Both the position numbers and the translations under genes were made by a program. Below the pieces are notes generated by a model, which was not told the origin of the DNA, made no database searches, and saw only the letters and a list, made by a program, of their open reading frames with translations. Positions 34,545-38,236 of a stretch of 38,236 nucleotides of DNA are shown here, piece by piece (position 1 is the stretch's first letter; each line of letters begins with the position of its first letter). The DNA is from Candidatus Micrarchaeota archaeon. Its GTDB lineage: Archaea > Iainarchaeota > Iainarchaeia > Iainarchaeales > JAGVWC01. The stretch lies in NCBI GenBank assembly GCA_043803815.1, contig JAZDJR010000008.1:1-38236 (forward strand). Reading direction: 5' to 3'.

Positions 34545-34945
34545 TTTTTTTTACCCAAATCGTGGGCCTCTGAGCGTACAACTAACTGTTTATTAATTAG
34601 ATTCAGGTAAAATCCGGTTTCGTGCAGGTTCACCGCTAAGAGATTATGGCTGCCAGCGGTCCCGCTTTTCCGAAAGTTAAAGCGTTCGAACAAGTCGTTG
34701 GCAAAATGGTGGCATTGTGAGAAACGTGTTTGGAGGCCTGTCAGTCTTTTCATCCATTCGCGGACTTTTTCAGGTGTTGACTTCTGACTGTTAATATCTA
34801 AATCCAGTCGTCTGGTGTCTTGGTAAATTGTCTGGCTTATTTGCACGAGTTTTTGGTGTCGCGGCTTTATTTGCTGTTTTTTGGCGAGCCATTTTTTGGA
34901 GAATGGGAATGCAAACGGGTCTTCCGTTCTTTTCGGGGCGGGCAT
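34541..34945 (-). CDS. Hypothetical basic ORFan between nop5 and fibrillarin
   Basis: Fills the gap exactly (starts 4 nt after the nop5 stop, overlaps the flpA start); N-terminus MPAPKR. Confidence 0.65.
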   Translation of the reverse strand: MPAPKRTEDPFAFPFSKKWLAKKQQIKPRHQKLVQISQTIYQDTRRLDLDINSQKSTPEKVREWMKRLTGLQTRFSQCHHFANDLFERFNFRKSGTAGSHNLLAVNLHETGFYLNLINKQLVVRSEAHDLGKKK

Positions 34946-34948
34946 GTT

Positions 34949-36352
34949 TTATCGTTTTTTGAATTTTTTGGATTGGAATTTTTTGTAAAACGGCTTTTTG
35001 GGGTGCTGGGGGTTGTGTCCTCCGCTAACGGAGCGGTCGGTTTTTGAAAAAACCGGCTTTGCAGATTCGGATTTTGAAAATTCTTCTTTTGGGGCCGCGG
35101 GTTTTGGTTCTTTTGGTCTTTGGGCCTGCGGTTCGGACAAAGGCGGAATGATATATTCGAGTTTTGAATAATCGGCTTGGACAAAATCGGGTGTCGGATA
35201 CTTGGGTTTTGAAAACTCGCGGTTGGGCGAGAAATCTTTTCTTCCGAACGGTTTTTGGAAATTATTTCGGCCCGCGGGGCGAAATCCGTTTTTGTTGAAC
35301 GGCTTTTGATATCCGCCGTTGGGTCGGAGGTGGAATTCGTTTCTTGGAAACGGTTTTTGAAACTGCGGGTTGGGTGTCGGAGCAAAATCGTTTCGGACAA
35401 ATGGTTTTTGATAATCGTTTCTGGGCCTGTCTTGGAATTCGTTTCGAACAAATGGCTTTTGAAAATTATTTCGGGGTGAAAAGCGGCTATCGTTTCGTTC
35501 GGTTGGACGGGAAAATTCTTTTTTGGGCTTGAATTTGAGTTTTTGGATATCGCTTAGGCGCTTTTCAAGCTGAATTTGCAGGTCTTTCCATACGACTGTT
35601 TTTTTTGTTCCGTACACGTCGGCTTTAAGGCAGATGGAAAGTTTGGCTGCGAGTGTGCGTGCCATTTTTCCGCGGTGGAATCCGGGTGTTTTTTGAACCA
35701 ATGGATGATTGAATAGGAATCCGTGTTTTGGGGGGTTGACTTGTTTTTTGTTTTTGAGGTGGGCAAAAAGCGCTTTTTCGGCTCCCTGAACTTGGAGTGC
35801 GGAAGCGGGCAGTTCGGCGAGTTTTTGGATGCTTCCTGCTTTGGCAATCATTTTGCCGGCTAAGATAGGGGTGCATAAATTGCCAAAGTTGGGTGCTTTT
35901 TCAAGCACGTTTTTTTCAATGAATGCTTCGAGTTGTTTTCGTTCGTCGCGCAAAGAAACGGTTTGGAGGGCCAAGGTCTGGATTTTTTCCATGGTTTGGC
36001 TGTCCGCCGCGGTTCCCGCGCTTTCTTTTGCAAGTGAAACGATTTTTTCGATTTGGTCTTTTTCAAGGCCGTAGGAATCCAGTTTTTTTTCGGAAAAGTT
36101 TTTGGTTTCCCCAAGTTCCGCGATGATTTTCAGTAAAGTATCTGGGTTGGTTACTTGGCGTTCGAGTTCGGGAAAAACGGTTTGGTACCATTCGCGGCAG
36201 TTTTCCGCCAATAGGTTGGCGGTTGCGTCCAGGTCTTGTAGTGCGTTTACCGAGCGCACGATGTGCACGTCGCTTTGCTCGATGTCTTCGCGTACGCGGC
36301 GCTTGGTTTCGGAAACGAGTTTTTTTCTCAGGGATAATAATTCGGGATTCAT
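34949..36352 (-). CDS. nop5: Box C/D RNP core protein Nop5 (Nop56/58) with long low-complexity C-terminal extension
   Basis: REWY...FPEL, APN, LA.LPAS..QV.GAEKALF, PKHG.LF.HP, RGKMAR.LA.KL....KAD. Confidence 0.93.
   Translation of the reverse strand: MNPELLSLRKKLVSETKRRVREDIEQSDVHIVRSVNALQDLDATANLLAENCREWYQTVFPELERQVTNPDTLLKIIAELGETKNFSEKKLDSYGLEKDQIEKIVSLAKESAGTAADSQTMEKIQTLALQTVSLRDERKQLEAFIEKNVLEKAPNFGNLCTPILAGKMIAKAGSIQKLAELPASALQVQGAEKALFAHLKNKKQVNPPKHGFLFNHPLVQKTPGFHRGKMARTLAAKLSICLKADVYGTKKTVVWKDLQIQLEKRLSDIQKLKFKPKKEFSRPTERNDSRFSPRNNFQKPFVRNEFQDRPRNDYQKPFVRNDFAPTPNPQFQKPFPRNEFHLRPNGGYQKPFNKNGFRPAGRNNFQKPFGRKDFSPNREFSKPKYPTPDFVQADYSKLEYIIPPLSEPQAQRPKEPKPAAPKEEFSKSESAKPVFSKTDRSVSGGHNPQHPKKPFYKKFQSKKFKKR
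35219..35473 (-). repeat. Five tandem 51-nt (17-aa) repeats in the Nop5 tail
   Basis: RNNFQKPFVRNEFQDRP / RNDYQKPFVRNDFAPTP / NPQFQKPFPRNEFHLRP / NGGYQKPFNKNGFRPAG / RNNFQKPFGRKDFSPNR. Confidence 0.85.
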
Positions 36353-37869
36353 TTTTTTTCACCGTTGAATCCGTGCTGCAAATATTCGTTTAATTTTTGG
36401 GGAAGTTCGGGGATTTTGACGCGGATTTGTTTCATGGAATCGCGTTCGCGGATTGTTACATCATTATTTTTGAGGGAATCGTAATCAATGGTTAGGCAGT
36501 ACGGGGTTCCGACTGAGTCCATGCGCGCGTAGCGGCGTCCGATGCTTCCGGTGTCGTCAAAAACAACCAAAAACTGGGTTTGCAGGTCTTGGTAGATTTT
36601 TTCCGCGAATTCGTTTAAGCCGTCCTTGTTCACCAGCGGAAAAACCGCGACTTGAATCGGCGCGATTTGGGGAGGAAACGAAAAAATGGTTCGTTTTTCG
36701 TCGGTTTCGCGCTTGTCGTAGTATAAGTCGCATAAGGCGAAAAACGGGCGGTCGATTCCGAATGCGATTTCGATTACGTGCGGAACAAATTCTTTGGAGT
36801 CCTCGGTTTTGGCGACGAGTTTTTGCTTGGAAAATTTGGCGTGCCGGTTCAAATCGTAGTCTCCGCGGTCATGGATTCCGCAGCATTCGGTCCAGCCGTA
36901 GCTTTGAAGTTCGATTTCCAAGTCCCAAGCGTCGGACGCGTAAAATGCGCGTTCGTCGGAAAAGTGCTGGCGCAATCGGATTTTGTGGTGTGGAATTCCC
37001 ATTTGGATGAATAATTCAAACGCGAGCCACAAGCTCCATCCAAATGCCTGGTTTTGAATCCATTTTTTGCTTAACGCTTCTTCAAGGGTTGCGTGTTCGA
37101 CTTTTTTTTCTTTTTTTTGGTGGTCTTCGGGCCAAAAAGGCAGTTTGGCGGTTTTGATTTTGTCCCATTTGTCCCATTGGTTTTTTTTGTCGGGGTGCAA
37201 AAACAATTGGCTTTCGGCTTGCGTGAATTCGCGGCTTCGCAAGACATGCTGGCGCGGCGAGATTTCGTTGCGAAACGCTTTTCCGATTTGGAATACGCCA
37301 AAGGGTGTTTTTTGCCGGAAAAAATTCAGGTAACGCTTGAATGGCAAATACGTGGTGGTCGCGGTTTCCGGGCGGTTGTAAGCCAATTGGTCGCGGCCAA
37401 TCATTGTTTTCATCATGAGTGAGTGGCGGTTGATTTCAAGGACCAGTCTTCCTTTGCAGTGGGGACAAACGATTTTTTTGTTTTCGATTTCATCAATCAT
37501 CTGGTCGTCGGTGAAGTGTCCCGCGTTTTCAACTCCGTTTTCTTCGAGCAGTTTGTCCGCGCGAAAGCTGTTGGCGCATTTGGAGCAAACGATGACGGGG
37601 TCGTTGAACGAGTCCGCGTGGCCGCTTGCTTTCCACACGATTTCGGGGGAAACAATCGGGTATTCGATTTCGTAAAACCCGTTTTGGTTGAATACCCTGC
37701 GAATCGCGTTTTCCACGTTGTTTTTCAGGCGTTTTCCCAATGGGCCGTAAGTGTAAAATCCCGCGGCTCCGCCGTAAATTTCCGGTTCGGGTCCGTACAC
37801 GAAGTCCTTGTCCGCCAAAAAAGTGGTTAATTCGTCGGCAAACGCGTTTTTGGAGTCTGGCTTGGTCAT
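36349..37869 (-). CDS. glyS: Glycine--tRNA ligase (alpha2, archaeal/eukaryotic type)
   Basis: YGPLG, ASGH, RPETA, QIGKAFRNEISPRQ..LR.REF.Q.E, HVIE, SIGRRYAR.D.VGTP. Confidence 0.96.
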   Translation of the reverse strand: MTKPDSKNAFADELTTFLADKDFVYGPEPEIYGGAAGFYTYGPLGKRLKNNVENAIRRVFNQNGFYEIEYPIVSPEIVWKASGHADSFNDPVIVCSKCANSFRADKLLEENGVENAGHFTDDQMIDEIENKKIVCPHCKGRLVLEINRHSLMMKTMIGRDQLAYNRPETATTTYLPFKRYLNFFRQKTPFGVFQIGKAFRNEISPRQHVLRSREFTQAESQLFLHPDKKNQWDKWDKIKTAKLPFWPEDHQKKEKKVEHATLEEALSKKWIQNQAFGWSLWLAFELFIQMGIPHHKIRLRQHFSDERAFYASDAWDLEIELQSYGWTECCGIHDRGDYDLNRHAKFSKQKLVAKTEDSKEFVPHVIEIAFGIDRPFFALCDLYYDKRETDEKRTIFSFPPQIAPIQVAVFPLVNKDGLNEFAEKIYQDLQTQFLVVFDDTGSIGRRYARMDSVGTPYCLTIDYDSLKNNDVTIRERDSMKQIRVKIPELPQKLNEYLQHGFNGEKK

Positions 37870-37969
37870 TTCAAAAACCCAGATAATTAAATTACTTTGG
37901 CTTTAAGTGATTAATTATTCAACCTTAATAAAGCATTTAAAAGAAGCATTTGAACGTTTTCTAAGGTGT

Positions 37970-38041
37970 GCCTCCGTGGCGCAGCGGCAGCGCGGCAGTT
38001 TCGTAAACTGCAGGTCGTGGGTTCGAATCCCACCGGAGGCT
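37970..38041 (+). tRNA. tRNA-Thr(CGU), no intron
   Basis: GCCTCCG/CGGAGGC acceptor stem, U73, GCAGT-TT-CGT-AA-ACTGC, GTGGG-TTCGAAT-CCCAC. Confidence 0.95.
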
Positions 38042-38098
38042 TCTCACCAATTTACCGGCAATGAGGCTTGCAAAGCGAATTATCCTTAAAATACTGTC

Positions 38099-38236
38099 TG
38101 GAGTGAACCCTTTTTTTTGCTCAACTAGAATAACCTGTTTGGTTTTTTAAAATCCACTCTTGCTCGAACCGGTCGGGTGACCGGTAGTCGATGCTCGAAT
38201 GCAGTCTTTTTTTATTGTACACCTCCTCGATAAAGC
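38099..38236 (-). mobile_element. IS3-family element, right end plus transposase C-terminus (truncated by window end)
   Basis: Minus strand 38234-38121 reads FIEEVYNKKRLHSSIDYRSPDRFEQEW...* (YNxxRxHSSLxYxSP motif), followed by ...GGGTTCACTCCA, an IS3-type CA terminus. Confidence 0.85.

Noticed and set aside
34867-35451. 194-aa alternative-frame ORF over the Nop5 tail
   Set aside because: By-product of the repetitive stop-poor sequence; the Nop5 frame is continuous and carries the clear repeat motif
1-38236. CRISPR array, rRNA or recoded stop codons
   Set aside because: No regularly spaced repeat-spacer array or rRNA-like sequence seen; conserved genes translate to full length with the standard code

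Overview
Archaeal genomic DNA, most likely a DPANN archaeon of the Iainarchaeota (Diapherotrites)/Micrarchaeota type. This assignment is inferred from archaeal information genes, separate PriS/PriL subunits, TATA-box promoters, GGTGA-type Shine-Dalgarno (SD) sites and intron-containing tRNAs. The window runs from the 3' end of an IS200/IS605 tnpA element to the 3' end of an IS3-family element. In order it contains: an orphan hypC and a divergent bacterial-type sigma70-like gene; an extracytoplasmic thiol-disulfide cluster (DsbA-like, a triple thioredoxin-fold protein, DsbA, glutaredoxin); VIT1; an ABC-2 exporter; head-to-head hicA/hicB; a copper/heavy-metal cluster (CopZ, HMA-DsbD_2-cupredoxin protein, ArsR, CopA, membrane-tethered wHTH); an ArsR-led sufCBDSU operon with a divergent DUF59 gene; the replication/translation cluster (pcna, priL, priS, GINS, aIF2-alpha, PAC2); DedA; an IS5-family element; an FKBP; ExoIII; GIY-YIG; fibrillarin; Nop5; GlyRS; and three tRNAs (Ser-UGA and Arg-CCU with introns, Thr-CGU). 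The most novel-looking signals lie outside the ORF track. These are three tiny stand-alone genes, each with its own TATA box and strong SD: a 9-aa CxxC peptide (MVGPGCGYC) after VIT1, an 11-aa basic peptide, and a 54-aa ORF whose promoter carries a second copy of the SUF-ArsR operator. Also notable are two homologous tRNA introns with a compensatory base pair, a structured 156-bp element bounded by a tRNA-Ser 3'-end duplication, 17-aa tandem repeats in Nop5, and ORFans (including the sigma70-like protein) sharing Pro/Arg/Lys-rich N-termini. All calls were made by eye without database searches.
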